Source of the DNA: Candidatus Nanohaloarchaea archaeon
Lineage (GTDB): Archaea > Nanohalarchaeota > Nanosalinia > Nanosalinales > Nanosalinaceae
DNA length: 64,000 nt
Direction: 5' to 3'
Assembly (NCBI GenBank): GCA_041640035.1
Contig: JBEQBC010000002.1
Coordinates: 96,001-160,000, forward strand
Part shown: in pieces, positions 38,142-48,478 of the stretch
Layout of the letters: the number at the start of each line of letters is the position of its first letter
How positions within the stretch are numbered: the first letter of the stretch is position 1
Made by a program: the position numbers and the translations under genes
Notes under the pieces: model-generated
What the model was told of the DNA's origin: nothing
What the model saw: the letters and a program-made list of their open reading frames with translations, nothing else
The model's database searches: none

Positions 38142-39027
38142 GGTACTGCACCGTTATGTGGTCTTTTGAAACGGTTTTTGTGAAGTTGTAGTCTGCTGAA
38201 ACTCGGATTTCTTCTCTGATACTTGAATCAACTTCTTTGTTGACATCTACATTACATGTGATACTGGTAGAGGATGAGCCTCTGACCTGTATATTGCTTG
38301 GTGTGTTGCAGTTGTTTACTTCTACATCATTGCCGGGTACTTGAATAGTCGGTGATTCGATGTTCAGAAGACCTACTCCATCTCCTTCCTCGGTATCCTG
38401 GTTGGCAAATTCTACCCTAACTTGGATGTCGTCTCCCTCCATGAAGACCGGAGAACCACCTTCAGAGCTACTTCCGATTAGTTCTATGGTTACATCCATC
38501 GGTCCGTTGGAGGAAGCTGCTCCAAGACCTTCAAGGCTTTCAACATCACTGTTATCCTTCACCTGGAACTGGTGGTATGCTTGTACGGTGTACTGGAAAG
38601 GTATTCTGAAGGACATATCGATTGTCTGGTCGGCGTAGAATCTGATTCGGCTCTCGTCGAACTGGTGTAAATCCCAGTTCATGGATAAAGTGCCGTCCGG
38701 TCTCAAAGTGTATCTTTCTTTGGTTTCAGTTGTATTAGTACTTTCCGCTCCAAAGTCCGATATCAACAGTAAGTCTGGCGTGTAGCTGGTTAGAACATTT
38801 TTACCTTGATCTCCAACCGTGATATTAGCTTCCGTATTACCTACATTCCTTACATTCAGTGTTGCAGTTACATTTGACCCCGAGTATATGGTCTGTGGAA
38901 CTAGTTCGAATCTTTCTACTGCGATCGCGTCTCCTTCATGTGATTCTTCTCCTGATCCGCCATTTGTACATCCGGATATAATTACTGTAGCTGCTAGAAC
39001 CAGCATAATTACTTTACTGTTGTGCAT
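38134..39027 (-). CDS. Lipoprotein, Ig-like fold
   Basis: Lipobox IISGC; FQY and GPMDVTI motifs. Confidence 0.8.
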   Translation of the reverse strand: MHNSKVIMLVLAATVIISGCTNGGSGEESHEGDAIAVERFELVPQTIYSGSNVTATLNVRNVGNTEANITVGDQGKNVLTSYTPDLLLISDFGAESTNTTETKERYTLRPDGTLSMNWDLHQFDESRIRFYADQTIDMSFRIPFQYTVQAYHQFQVKDNSDVESLEGLGAASSNGPMDVTIELIGSSSEGGSPVFMEGDDIQVRVEFANQDTEEGDGVGLLNIESPTIQVPGNDVEVNNCNTPSNIQVRGSSSTSITCNVDVNKEVDSSIREEIRVSADYNFTKTVSKDHITVQYRG

Positions 39028-39040
39028 ATATTGTACAGTT

Positions 39041-39841
39041 ATGTTGGCTGGGATTAAAAGGTTTTTATACGAATACTACTGGCTGCCGATAATAGATGAG
39101 TCAGTCTACTATAATCCTGTCAACACCATCACATATGCTCTGCTTTTCGCAGTACTTACAATTTACTTCATACCATGGTTCTTCGAAAAACTAGATTTAG
39201 ATTTTGACAGAGATCTAGTTACAGCACTCACTCCTTACATCTTCTTAGGAGGGGTGACCCGCAGCCTGAAAGACGGAGGCTATGTGGACACAATACTGCT
39301 GGAAACACCTATCATCTACATCTTGTTAATCGGCTTCGCACTGTCAATGTTGACAGTAGGGAAAAAGATAGAGAAAAACTTTGAGGATCTGCGGTACAGC
39401 TATATTACAGGAGGAGCAGCGGCACTGGTCATCATCCTGGAACTATTCGTGATGGACTACAGCACCCTTTCGGGACTTTCATGGTTCATCATCATCTCTG
39501 CTCTAAGCCTAGGAATAGTTTACGGAATTTTGAAAGCGATTAAAACAGAGATGAATCGAACTATTGATTTAATTCCAATATACGCACATTTCTGGGATGC
39601 ATCAAGCACCTTCGTAGTACTGAACTACGGCGGAACCGAAAAACATGTGCTAGCCGACTACTTCATCCAGTTGATGGGTCCAAAAGGAATGTTCATCATG
39701 AAAGGAATAGTCATCTTCCCAGCAGTACTCTACATAAACAAAGAATTCGAAGGAGAAGAAAGAAACTACTACCTATTCCTCATAGCCCTACTCGGATTCG
39801 CGCTCGGAACAAGAAATATTCTATCATTGATAACAGCTTAG
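39041..39841 (+). CDS. DUF63-family membrane protein
   Basis: YNPVNTITY, PYIFLGGVTRSLKD, TPIIY, AHFWDASST, EKHVL, LGFALGTRN; start reassigned to ATG 39041. Confidence 0.88.
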   Translation: MLAGIKRFLYEYYWLPIIDESVYYNPVNTITYALLFAVLTIYFIPWFFEKLDLDFDRDLVTALTPYIFLGGVTRSLKDGGYVDTILLETPIIYILLIGFALSMLTVGKKIEKNFEDLRYSYITGGAAALVIILELFVMDYSTLSGLSWFIIISALSLGIVYGILKAIKTEMNRTIDLIPIYAHFWDASSTFVVLNYGGTEKHVLADYFIQLMGPKGMFIMKGIVIFPAVLYINKEFEGEERNYYLFLIALLGFALGTRNILSLITA

Positions 39842-42729
39842 CCTTCAAAGCAAGAGTAGGTTCCAGACTCAAGCATCGTCAATACACCACTGCACCCATT
39901 CTTAGCTTCGTTGTAGGCATCTCTCCTGTCCTTACCGTCCAAAAGGTTATCAAATGCCTGATCTAACCAACCTTGACTTGGAGAACATGATGTTCTTACA
40001 TCGGCAGGTTTAAGGAAGAATACCTGTTCTGCATAACTTTCCTCCCATTCTAATGCAAACTCTTCTACTGCTCTCTTCTTATTGTTATTCTGTAAATCAG
40101 CGCAGACAGTTCTCCAAGTTATTTCTCTTGATTCAACATCTCTTCCTCCTACATCTGTAAGATATATTGCGGCGGGCGGTGCGTCAACGTCTAGTTCATC
40201 TTCACCGAGATTTACATATTCCCATTCTCCCGTTTGCATACCTATTACCGGCTTACCTCCGGTTTTGCTGAAGTAGGCTATTTTTCTATCGCTTTCAGTG
40301 ACTTCTTCTTCTATAATGTAGTTCCAATCTATAGCCATGTCTCCCTCATTGATATTTTCATAGTTTATGGTCTCTCCTTCGTATAGGCCATTTACCCATG
40401 CGTCTTCGTTTAGACTTCTCTCGTCTTCAATACTTGCGCCGACCTCCATACCAAGGCTTCTAACATCACATCCTCCTACTGCTGTAGATCTCCGGGCTGA
40501 GTCACATGTCGTCAAGAAGTTGTCTTTGACCCATTCTGGCTGTCCATTGAGCTCTTGTTTCGGTATGAGGAATGGACAATCTCTTCCAGAACATAGGGTA
40601 TTCCAGACCTGGAAATCATCTGTTATTCCATCCTTGATCACCGTGTAATTAGCTGAAACATCCATGATGAGGGTCTCACCAGAAGAGCTAATCTCATCCG
40701 GATTAGCTAGTTTCATTGTGCACTCCATAACACTCGGAGATCGTGCAGTTGTATACCATCTATCGGCTTCTATTGTTTCTCTTCTTATCTGTTCTCTACC
40801 AGGTTCAGACAATTCATAAGTCTGAACATTAGCCATACCAGTATCTTGAAGTGTGAAGTCACCACATGACCCCTCAACGATTTCCGTTGACCTAGATGGC
40901 GTAAAAGTAACGCTTTCCGGATCAATCCTGTAAATTACATCTGAATCATCAGTCTGGAAACCAATCTGTACCTCAAACGGCCTAGATCTTCTTTCCCCAT
41001 CATCCATTTCATCATATATTACCGGAGCGTATACATTGATATAGCTCTTCACGGGAGTATCAGCAGTCTCAGACTTTTTGTAGCCTCTCTCCAATTCTCT
41101 GTCTGCGTAATTTTCATAGGACATAGCTCTGATTCTCAGGTTAGACTGCGAGAAGTAATCATACATATAGCTAAGTTCTGCTGTCCTCGTTAGCTTGGCC
41201 TGACCTGGCTGAAGCAGTCTACAATCAAACAGGTTGATTTCCTCTTTCAGAGTTTCTTCCTGTTCAGTACCTACACCAACTACATAGCTGTCACCAGGCG
41301 GAATAGTGGTACGATCTGTGCCATCTACATCTTGGTAGAAGCTTATTGGTAGGAAATCGGTCCCGCAAACACTATTTCCACTTATATCTCTTATATCAAC
41401 TCTATACTGGACATCTCTGGCAGCAATACCTTTGAGACCATTCATAGGGTTCTCTAATGCAAAGGAGACGCTGAGAGGTCTCCAAGGTCTCTGATAAGCT
41501 ACATCTATTGTTTGACCTTGCTCAATTTCAAAACCTGATGATGTCAAATCATACTCTTCTCCCTGCTCTTCTGAACCTGGACGTTGAGTATTGTTCATCT
41601 GCCATTCCGTGAAGCATTCCGGTCCCTGTGCAAAGCACTGAAGTTTGGCCACCTGACTCTGAACTGCCAGCGTTACAGGCTCCAAGTCTATATTTGGAAT
41701 GTATGGTGCGATTGCCTGTCCTCCGTAGTTTGCATATTCTGCTGAGAATCCTAATGCACCCATTATCGGTCCTCCTATGAGAGGCATGTATATCTTGAGC
41801 ATGAATCCGAACAGTGCGAATATGATTCCGATCTGGAATACAAACAGTACGATTGCAAATAGCATTAGTGGCCAGAGTGCTACTCCTTCACCTGCCTCGA
41901 CGGCTTCGTAACCCATTTCAGCTCCTTCACTCGCGACTCCGGCTTTAGTTGCTTTCTTTGCGCCGGCTTCAGCAGCTTCGGAGGCCATCGGGTTGAGTTC
42001 TGCTAGTTTTCCTCCTATACTTGAGACATTGCCTGGTACGCATCCTTTGAACCATTCGACTATGCCGCTTCCTTCTGCTTCTGCGGCCTTTGAGGCTCCT
42101 TTCTCTACTGCTGATTTGGCCTCGTGAAGTTCTCCTCTTGATTCCATAGCGTCCCTGTATTCGTCTGCTGCTGAAGAGGCTCCTGGGTTTGTATACATTG
42201 AGTCTAGCTTGGACCCAGAGTCATCGCTTCCGCCGATACCTCCTTTGAGAACGCTTACTATGGTTGCAAGTATGATTATCGGGAGGAAGGCTCCTACCAG
42301 AAGTAGTAGTACTGTTATTAGTGCGCCCTGTATGCTTGAGAATGAGAGGACTGATGCTGCTGAGGTTAGTGTTCCTAGAGATGGCTGGAAGATTGCGAAT
42401 GCGAAGACTAGGAAGATTGCCGCGCCGAACACAGATTTCTTGGTGTTGTGTTCTACATACTCTACTCCCTTTGTCAGGTTCTCAAGTTTATCTTCAATCC
42501 ATTTGAGGACGCCATAGCTTTCCTTGAACGGTAAAGCGATCAATCTTATTATGAAGAACAGTATTATCTGCGGTATTCCTAGGAACAGGAGGTAGGTCAG
42601 ATATATGTCGGCTTTGACCTTTATCTTGATGTATTTCCATCCGAAATAGAGGATTGAGAACAGCGGTATACCTGGCGGTGGCAGGAACAAGTCTCCTATA
42701 ATCAGTATCGCCATCGTCAGTAGTCCCAT
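39838..42729 (-). CDS. 963-aa multi-TM protein with large Cys-rich extracellular region
   Basis: N-terminal TM cluster, Ala/Glu/Gly linker, YMYDY...TPVK and VSANY motifs like the neighbouring lipoproteins. Confidence 0.8.
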   Translation of the reverse strand: MGLLTMAILIIGDLFLPPPGIPLFSILYFGWKYIKIKVKADIYLTYLLFLGIPQIILFFIIRLIALPFKESYGVLKWIEDKLENLTKGVEYVEHNTKKSVFGAAIFLVFAFAIFQPSLGTLTSAASVLSFSSIQGALITVLLLLVGAFLPIIILATIVSVLKGGIGGSDDSGSKLDSMYTNPGASSAADEYRDAMESRGELHEAKSAVEKGASKAAEAEGSGIVEWFKGCVPGNVSSIGGKLAELNPMASEAAEAGAKKATKAGVASEGAEMGYEAVEAGEGVALWPLMLFAIVLFVFQIGIIFALFGFMLKIYMPLIGGPIMGALGFSAEYANYGGQAIAPYIPNIDLEPVTLAVQSQVAKLQCFAQGPECFTEWQMNNTQRPGSEEQGEEYDLTSSGFEIEQGQTIDVAYQRPWRPLSVSFALENPMNGLKGIAARDVQYRVDIRDISGNSVCGTDFLPISFYQDVDGTDRTTIPPGDSYVVGVGTEQEETLKEEINLFDCRLLQPGQAKLTRTAELSYMYDYFSQSNLRIRAMSYENYADRELERGYKKSETADTPVKSYINVYAPVIYDEMDDGERRSRPFEVQIGFQTDDSDVIYRIDPESVTFTPSRSTEIVEGSCGDFTLQDTGMANVQTYELSEPGREQIRRETIEADRWYTTARSPSVMECTMKLANPDEISSSGETLIMDVSANYTVIKDGITDDFQVWNTLCSGRDCPFLIPKQELNGQPEWVKDNFLTTCDSARRSTAVGGCDVRSLGMEVGASIEDERSLNEDAWVNGLYEGETINYENINEGDMAIDWNYIIEEEVTESDRKIAYFSKTGGKPVIGMQTGEWEYVNLGEDELDVDAPPAAIYLTDVGGRDVESREITWRTVCADLQNNNKKRAVEEFALEWEESYAEQVFFLKPADVRTSCSPSQGWLDQAFDNLLDGKDRRDAYNEAKNGCSGVLTMLESGTYSCFEG

Positions 42730-42732
42730 CTA

Positions 42733-43863
42733 TTATTCCTCCGTCTTCACCGATCTGATCTCAAAGTCGTTAAGTTCGTACACATTTCTGCTTATTATTT
42801 CTAGCTGGTTTTGAGAACTTAAATCTTCTGAATCGATGTTAATCGTGTTTTGACCTGTTTCCGGATCAAGTTCAAATGTGTTCCCGTTCAGGGTTACATT
42901 CATCGGTTCTGTTGTCAGAAGATTCTGATAATCAAATGTGATAGTCTCGTTAGTATTTCCTCTCTGAGCATAGTTTAGCTCTGTCTGGTTGAGTGCGAAG
43001 CTGTCTTCAACTTCTTCTAGCTGGACTGCTCCACGGTACCGAACTGATAGTACTGCGTTCTCTAACACATATTCCGAGTCGGATTCCGTTTCAAATCTAA
43101 TAGTGTTGTATCCTGGCTCGAGATCGCTGTTTGCAGGAGTCAGTTCTACTGTCTGTGTCCCCCTGACTGTTCGCTGGCTGAATACCTGATTATCATTTAC
43201 ATAGACTTCAAGAGGGCTATTCTTGGTTGTTTCTCCAGGCGGCAGATTCATCTCTAGGGTTGCTGTATCGAAGTCCTGTATCTCGTATTCGAACATACGG
43301 AAGCTTGTCTCATAATCGTGGTACTTACGGTCATTAACTCTTACCTCAAAGTCCTCTAAAGCATATTCAACATTTCCTAGGATGCCATCACGGTTTGCTG
43401 AAATCTTGATATTGTTCATGCCGTTCTTTAGTGTTTCTTCAGGTATCTCGACTGTTCTTTCGGCGGTTGCGACCATGTATTCGTTGAAAACGGTTTCTCC
43501 GTTGACTGAGACTTTGACTTTTCCATTTCCTTGCTTTCCAAGTACTTCGAAGGTTACATTTCCTTCTCTTGGCTGTGTTCCGTTGTACTGTACTGTTGTT
43601 GAGCCACCGCCAAGAAGCTTGTCAGAAATAGTGATTTCTTCTCTGTTGTAGACCGGTATGTTTCCACGGGTTTCTCCCACAGTGATCCTTCCGAAGTCTA
43701 CATTCCTGTAGTCTTCATTGGAGGATCCTACCTGTCCGAAATCGTTTTCATACAGTGTCATGGCTTCTGCTGGCTGTCCTCCACCGAACTCGCCGCTTGC
43801 TATGAAGAACAATCCGAATATTGCGAGTCCGACTCCTAGTATCGCTGCGAACTGTTGAGCCAT
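42733..43863 (-). CDS. Membrane-anchored beta-rich protein with repeated domains
   Basis: N-terminal TM; repeated VxVN...LxxGxNxI units. Confidence 0.8.
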   Translation of the reverse strand: MAQQFAAILGVGLAIFGLFFIASGEFGGGQPAEAMTLYENDFGQVGSSNEDYRNVDFGRITVGETRGNIPVYNREEITISDKLLGGGSTTVQYNGTQPREGNVTFEVLGKQGNGKVKVSVNGETVFNEYMVATAERTVEIPEETLKNGMNNIKISANRDGILGNVEYALEDFEVRVNDRKYHDYETSFRMFEYEIQDFDTATLEMNLPPGETTKNSPLEVYVNDNQVFSQRTVRGTQTVELTPANSDLEPGYNTIRFETESDSEYVLENAVLSVRYRGAVQLEEVEDSFALNQTELNYAQRGNTNETITFDYQNLLTTEPMNVTLNGNTFELDPETGQNTINIDSEDLSSQNQLEIISRNVYELNDFEIRSVKTEE

Positions 43864-43918
43864 ATAACAGGTTTTTGCTTATGGAGGTTTTTATTTGTAG
43901 GCCGGGCAACCTGTAATT

Positions 43919-44896
43919 ATGAAACTGTTAAACCAGAACCGTCAGGAAGGATACGCGAAGATTGAGGTCGAGAACGAGGACGATCTCTGGCGTATCAAAG
44001 ACTTCTTCAGAGAAGGCGATAAAATCAGAAAGTTCACACAGAGAACCAAGCTGGAGGGAAGAGAGAAGAAGAGCATGAAGATTACGATCCAGCTTGAGAA
44101 GAAGAGTTTCGAGAACGGACGACTCAGGCTTACCGGAGAGATAACAGAAGCTGGAGACGATGTAGAGCTTGGATACCACAGCTTCAATGTAGAGAACGGA
44201 TCCGAACTCGAGCTCTGGCGTGACTTCTCAGAAGGTGACTGGGATAAACTGGAGGAATGGAGCGAGAAAGATCCTTACAGCGTCCTATTTTGTCTAGTTG
44301 AGAAGGGAGAAGCCGATTTCTACATAGTCAGAGAATCCGGAATACAGAGCCTTTCTGGAGTAGAGGAAAACCTTCCTGGAAAGATGTACGGCTCTGAGAA
44401 ATCAGAAGACGAGTTCTTGAAGCAGGTCGCTGCAACGATAAGAAGAGTTGAAGGCGATGTCGACTTCGTGGTTCTGGCCGGGCCAGGATTCACGAAGAAC
44501 AGCCTGAAAAACCACTTGGAAGTCGAGAACCTTTTTATGCAGGATACATCAGTTACAGGAGAAACCGGTTTACATGAAGCTATCAAGCGTGGTGCACTGG
44601 ATAAAGTAGTCCGATCCTCCAGAGTAGCTGATGAAACCCAGATAATGGAGGAATTCATGGAAAAACTGAGAAAAGACGAGCCGGTAAGCTACGGAGAGGA
44701 AGTAGAGGAACTAGCGGAAATGGGTGCTGTTGAAAAACTGTTAATTACTCCGAAAAAGGCGCGTCAAAGGAAAGATATTGTTGAAACGGTGGAGCAGCAG
44801 GGCGGCGAGGTCCAGGTCGTACATACAGACCATGAAGCCGGTGAAAGACTGGAAGGATTCACTGGACTGGCAGCTATTCTGCGTTACCGGGTTTAG
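43919..44896 (+). CDS. pelA: mRNA surveillance/ribosome rescue protein Pelota
   Basis: EDDLW, RLRLTG, LGYHSF, AGPGFTK, GLAAILRY. Confidence 0.93.
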   Translation: MKLLNQNRQEGYAKIEVENEDDLWRIKDFFREGDKIRKFTQRTKLEGREKKSMKITIQLEKKSFENGRLRLTGEITEAGDDVELGYHSFNVENGSELELWRDFSEGDWDKLEEWSEKDPYSVLFCLVEKGEADFYIVRESGIQSLSGVEENLPGKMYGSEKSEDEFLKQVAATIRRVEGDVDFVVLAGPGFTKNSLKNHLEVENLFMQDTSVTGETGLHEAIKRGALDKVVRSSRVADETQIMEEFMEKLRKDEPVSYGEEVEELAEMGAVEKLLITPKKARQRKDIVETVEQQGGEVQVVHTDHEAGERLEGFTGLAAILRYRV

Positions 44897-45999
44897 GTAT
44901 CTGGACGGTCCTGAAGAGTCATCTCTACAGTCTGTCTTTCTCCATCCCGGATGATATGTACATCTACAGTATCTCCAACTTCAGTATTTCTTAGAAGATA
45001 GTCAAGTATATCATTGATGTCTTCAACCTCTCTGTCCTCAATACCTACTATTACATCGCCTCCAAGAACGATATTTCTACCCTCCATTTCTCTATTTCCA
45101 GGCCTGAGACCTGCTTCAGCTGCAGGGCCGTCCTCGATCACACTTTGAACCAGGAAACCTGAGGAATTTTCTAAATTCATTTCACGGGCGATTTCTGCGT
45201 CTACATTTACTCCTGTTATCCCTATCCAGGAATGCTCGTAATCATTTTCCTCTATCAGTCTAGGTATTACTTCTCCGACAGTTTTGGAGGATACTGCGAA
45301 CCCGATACCTGAGAATGTGCCGGTGTTGGACTGGATCGCGGTGTTGACTCCGATGACTTCTCCGTCCATGTTGAGAAGTGGTCCTCCGCTGTTGCCAGGG
45401 TTGATTGCGGCATCTGTCTGGAGTACATTTGGTATGGAGAATCCTCCGCCTACACGGATTCTTCTCTCTTTCTGTGATATGATGCCAGAAGTCATCGATC
45501 CTTCAAGTCCGAAAGGATTTCCGATTGCTGCTACTCGCTGTCCGACCTTGACATCTGTGCTTTCCGCAAGTTCCAAAGGCTGAAGATCGTTTTTCTGTAC
45601 CTTGATCACAGCGAGATCTGTGTATTCGTCAGTCCCTGTTATTTCTGCTCTTCTGCTCGTTCCGTCCGTAAATGTAACCGTTATCGTTTCCGCATCTTCT
45701 ATTACATGGTAGTTTGTAACTATATGACCTCTTTCAGTATATACAAACCCTGAGCCTTCTGCCTGTGTCTGTCCTCCGGTGTGTATAGCTACTACTGATT
45801 GATCTGTCTGTTCGAATAAAGTGTTGAGACTGTAACTAGTGTTTACGATTCTTGTCTGTGTCTGCTGTTGCGGCTCCTGATTCTCAAGTTCGTTAATTCT
45901 TTCGTCAAGTGTTTGGTAGGATACAAAGCCACCTAGAAGTGTTCCGAAAAGCAGAATAGATGCTGCGGCGAATATGTTTATCCGTGTTTCTGGTTTCAC
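44893..45999 (-). CDS. htrA: HtrA/DegP-family serine protease with PDZ domain
   Basis: TNYHVI, DLAVIK, IGNPFG, QTDAAINPGNSGGP; N-terminal TM. Confidence 0.95.
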   Translation of the reverse strand: MKPETRINIFAAASILLFGTLLGGFVSYQTLDERINELENQEPQQQTQTRIVNTSYSLNTLFEQTDQSVVAIHTGGQTQAEGSGFVYTERGHIVTNYHVIEDAETITVTFTDGTSRRAEITGTDEYTDLAVIKVQKNDLQPLELAESTDVKVGQRVAAIGNPFGLEGSMTSGIISQKERRIRVGGGFSIPNVLQTDAAINPGNSGGPLLNMDGEVIGVNTAIQSNTGTFSGIGFAVSSKTVGEVIPRLIEENDYEHSWIGITGVNVDAEIAREMNLENSSGFLVQSVIEDGPAAEAGLRPGNREMEGRNIVLGGDVIVGIEDREVEDINDILDYLLRNTEVGDTVDVHIIRDGERQTVEMTLQDRPDT

Positions 46000-46039
46000 A
46001 GATTTAACCTGTTATATGAGAATTTTATATCTACGGTTT

Positions 46040-46840
46040 CTAGATCAAGTCCATCTTGTAAAGCTTCAATCCTTCCTCTACTTCGATATTAACCTGTTTC
46101 TGATTATTTTTCCCGAGTTCTGCGAGATGGGAGATGCCGGCGAACATGATGTTCTCTTTCCCGACCATTTCATGATCTGAGTATACTTTTACAGTCTTGA
46201 CAGAGTCCTTTGGGTCAGCTACTATGTAAAGCTGGTTTTTACCAGTTATGAAGCTGATCTCTGCGTTTTCTCCTGCTTCTAGACATTCTTCTGTCTGTTT
46301 CCATTCTCCTGATATCGACAGGTCTGTTTTGGTGGGGCTCTTGGATTTGACCTCTTTCTTGCCGTGGAATCGGTGTTCTGGATGTAGGTCGGAGTTCTTG
46401 AGACCTAGGTGTTTTTCCTGTGGGTTGTGAGGTACCCTGAGTTCTGTCTGTATGCCGAGGAAGTCCTCCAGGTCTTTGAGGTCGTGGTCGCCTGAGCTGT
46501 GGTGTTTGACTTCTCCATCTTCTATTACAAGTTTTTTAGGCGAGTTTCTTTCCATCCATCGCTGTTTTTCTGGTTTATGTGCGGCGCTGAAGTCTGCTTC
46601 TTTATCTTTGATGGTTTTTTCCAGGAATTCTCTGTCCTCGAAGTCGTGCTCAGGCTGGTGAAGTACGACCAGGTGTATTCCACGGTTGCGGGCTATCTCT
46701 GCCAGCATCTCCAGCTCTGTATGGCATCTGAGGCATTTCGGATCCCACAGGTGTACTAGGTGTTTGCCTTGGCTGAAGTCTGGTTTTCCGTTTATCCATT
46801 CCTCGGCTTCGATATCTTCGAATTCGTCGCCTACAAACAT
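46040..46840 (-). CDS. Thioredoxin-like protein resembling the DipZ C-terminal region
   Basis: EWIN, WDPKCLRC (CxxC), HQPEHDFE, LSISGEW...E. Confidence 0.7.
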   Translation of the reverse strand: MFVGDEFEDIEAEEWINGKPDFSQGKHLVHLWDPKCLRCHTELEMLAEIARNRGIHLVVLHQPEHDFEDREFLEKTIKDKEADFSAAHKPEKQRWMERNSPKKLVIEDGEVKHHSSGDHDLKDLEDFLGIQTELRVPHNPQEKHLGLKNSDLHPEHRFHGKKEVKSKSPTKTDLSISGEWKQTEECLEAGENAEISFITGKNQLYIVADPKDSVKTVKVYSDHEMVGKENIMFAGISHLAELGKNNQKQVNIEVEEGLKLYKMDLI

Positions 46841-46906
46841 TCTTACTGTATGTTTTGAGCTGGTTATCTATTAAGTTATGGCTGAGAACTTGTTCATTAC
46901 AGGTCT

Positions 46907-47272
46907 ATGAAAGAGTTCGTTAACCGTTGGGATGAGAAAATATTCAGTATCACCCCGATCGGAGCATCAGATTACGAACTTAAGCAAAGGATTCAAGGAG
47001 AAGATCTTGATTTTGAGGATTATGAAGAGTCTCTGGATAGCTACCGTTTTGCACAGGCAGTATTCAATATTTCACGGGTGCTTCTATACGCAGGTTTAAT
47101 CAGCTCGATAGCAAGCACCTTCAATATCTACGGTCTTGGAATCATCGAGCAGATAGCATCCTATATCGGTGCAACAGTCACATTCATATTTTACACCGTT
47201 ACAAGACACATAGCCAGTCGCAGGAAGGAGCTGTACCGTTTGGAGCGGGAGCTGCTTCTGAATCAGGTTTAG
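46907..47272 (+). CDS. Small two-TM membrane protein
   Basis: Two hydrophobic segments; fills the gap between flanking genes. Confidence 0.75.
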   Translation: MKEFVNRWDEKIFSITPIGASDYELKQRIQGEDLDFEDYEESLDSYRFAQAVFNISRVLLYAGLISSIASTFNIYGLGIIEQIASYIGATVTFIFYTVTRHIASRRKELYRLERELLLNQV

Positions 47273-47275
47273 GTT

Positions 47276-48478
47276 TTATTCTCTATCGAGCACGGTGTAA
47301 AGGATTATTATCGTGAGTGTTGAGAACAGTACTGCTGGTGCGAATACCTGAAGCATCTGCTCTGAGATAACACCTAGATCTATCGCGATTATCAGTACTA
47401 CCAGTGTTTCTATATCCAGGCTGAGCAGTGATGCCGCTACTGTCATTGGTTTCTCTATATCGTGTAGCCTTGATACTATGTATCCGATTACGATCTTTGG
47501 TACTGTTGAGAGTGCGAAGAGCAGGAATGCTGCATCGATGTTTGCTATCATCCCGGAGCTTCCGAATATTGTTAGTCCGAGGCCGAACCAGGCGAAGAAT
47601 ATCGGTATGAAAAGTCCTTCTGCTATGGCGCTTATTTTTTCCTGGAATGCGCGGCTGTCTGTGAAGTCGCTTCTTGATACGATGACTCCTGCGAAGAATG
47701 CGCCGAGTACTGAGGATAGTCCTACTGTCTGGCTTATGTAAGACATGAAAAGCAGCAGTGAGAAGGTTATTGCGAACTGTGCTTCTGTCTCCTCAAACAT
47801 CATGATGTAGTCATCGATCTTGTGGATAAATTCATGTAGTATGTAGAATACCGCGATGAAACCTAAGATAGATCCTATCTTGATCAGTTTAGCCTGTAAT
47901 CCCTGTGTTGCATAGACTACAAGACCGGTCAGTGCTATGAAGCCCATTGTTACATTTATTACAGATGATTTTATCGTGTATTTGCCGATGTGTTCTCTTA
48001 GCAGTCCTTTTGACATCATCAGCTTGGAAGGAACTCCTATATCTACTACCGCGTATGCCAAAGCGATGAACAGGAATGCTGATACCCCTTGATCCGGTAG
48101 GTAGGATGGCTGAAGTAGTAGAAGGGTTGAGAATATTACGGCGAATGTTCCGAGTAGTATAGATGTACCTAGCTGTAGGCCTTCACGGTGCGTGAATATA
48201 TCAACTACATTTTCTTCTTTCAGTCCTGCTTGGAAAAGTATGAGTGTGGCGCCTACTGTGGCGAATCCTGCTACGGATGATGCTGATATCGCCCATCCTT
48301 CAGGTATCAGAGAAGTGTATGATGCCAGGTTTGTGATTCCGGGTCCTAGAAGTACCCCGGCTACTATGTAGCCCAGTATGGATTCCAGTCCTATCCTTTC
48401 GAAGAGTTCTCCGACTAGGAAGGAGAACGCGAGTAGTATTCCGACTGAGAGCAGTGTTGCTCCGCTGAGACTAGCCAT
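47276..48478 (-). CDS. Cation:proton antiporter (CPA2/Kef family)
   Basis: GYIVAGVLLGP, LFQAGL, GLSSVLGAFFAG, FIPIFFAWFGL; start at ATG 48478. Confidence 0.9.
   Translation of the reverse strand: MASLSGATLLSVGILLAFSFLVGELFERIGLESILGYIVAGVLLGPGITNLASYTSLIPEGWAISASSVAGFATVGATLILFQAGLKEENVVDIFTHREGLQLGTSILLGTFAVIFSTLLLLQPSYLPDQGVSAFLFIALAYAVVDIGVPSKLMMSKGLLREHIGKYTIKSSVINVTMGFIALTGLVVYATQGLQAKLIKIGSILGFIAVFYILHEFIHKIDDYIMMFEETEAQFAITFSLLLFMSYISQTVGLSSVLGAFFAGVIVSRSDFTDSRAFQEKISAIAEGLFIPIFFAWFGLGLTIFGSSGMIANIDAAFLLFALSTVPKIVIGYIVSRLHDIEKPMTVAASLLSLDIETLVVLIIAIDLGVISEQMLQVFAPAVLFSTLTIIILYTVLDRE

Noticed and set aside
38819-39040. N-terminal extension of the DUF63 ORF
   Set aside because: Antisense to a lipoprotein gene; the family-like sequence begins at 39041
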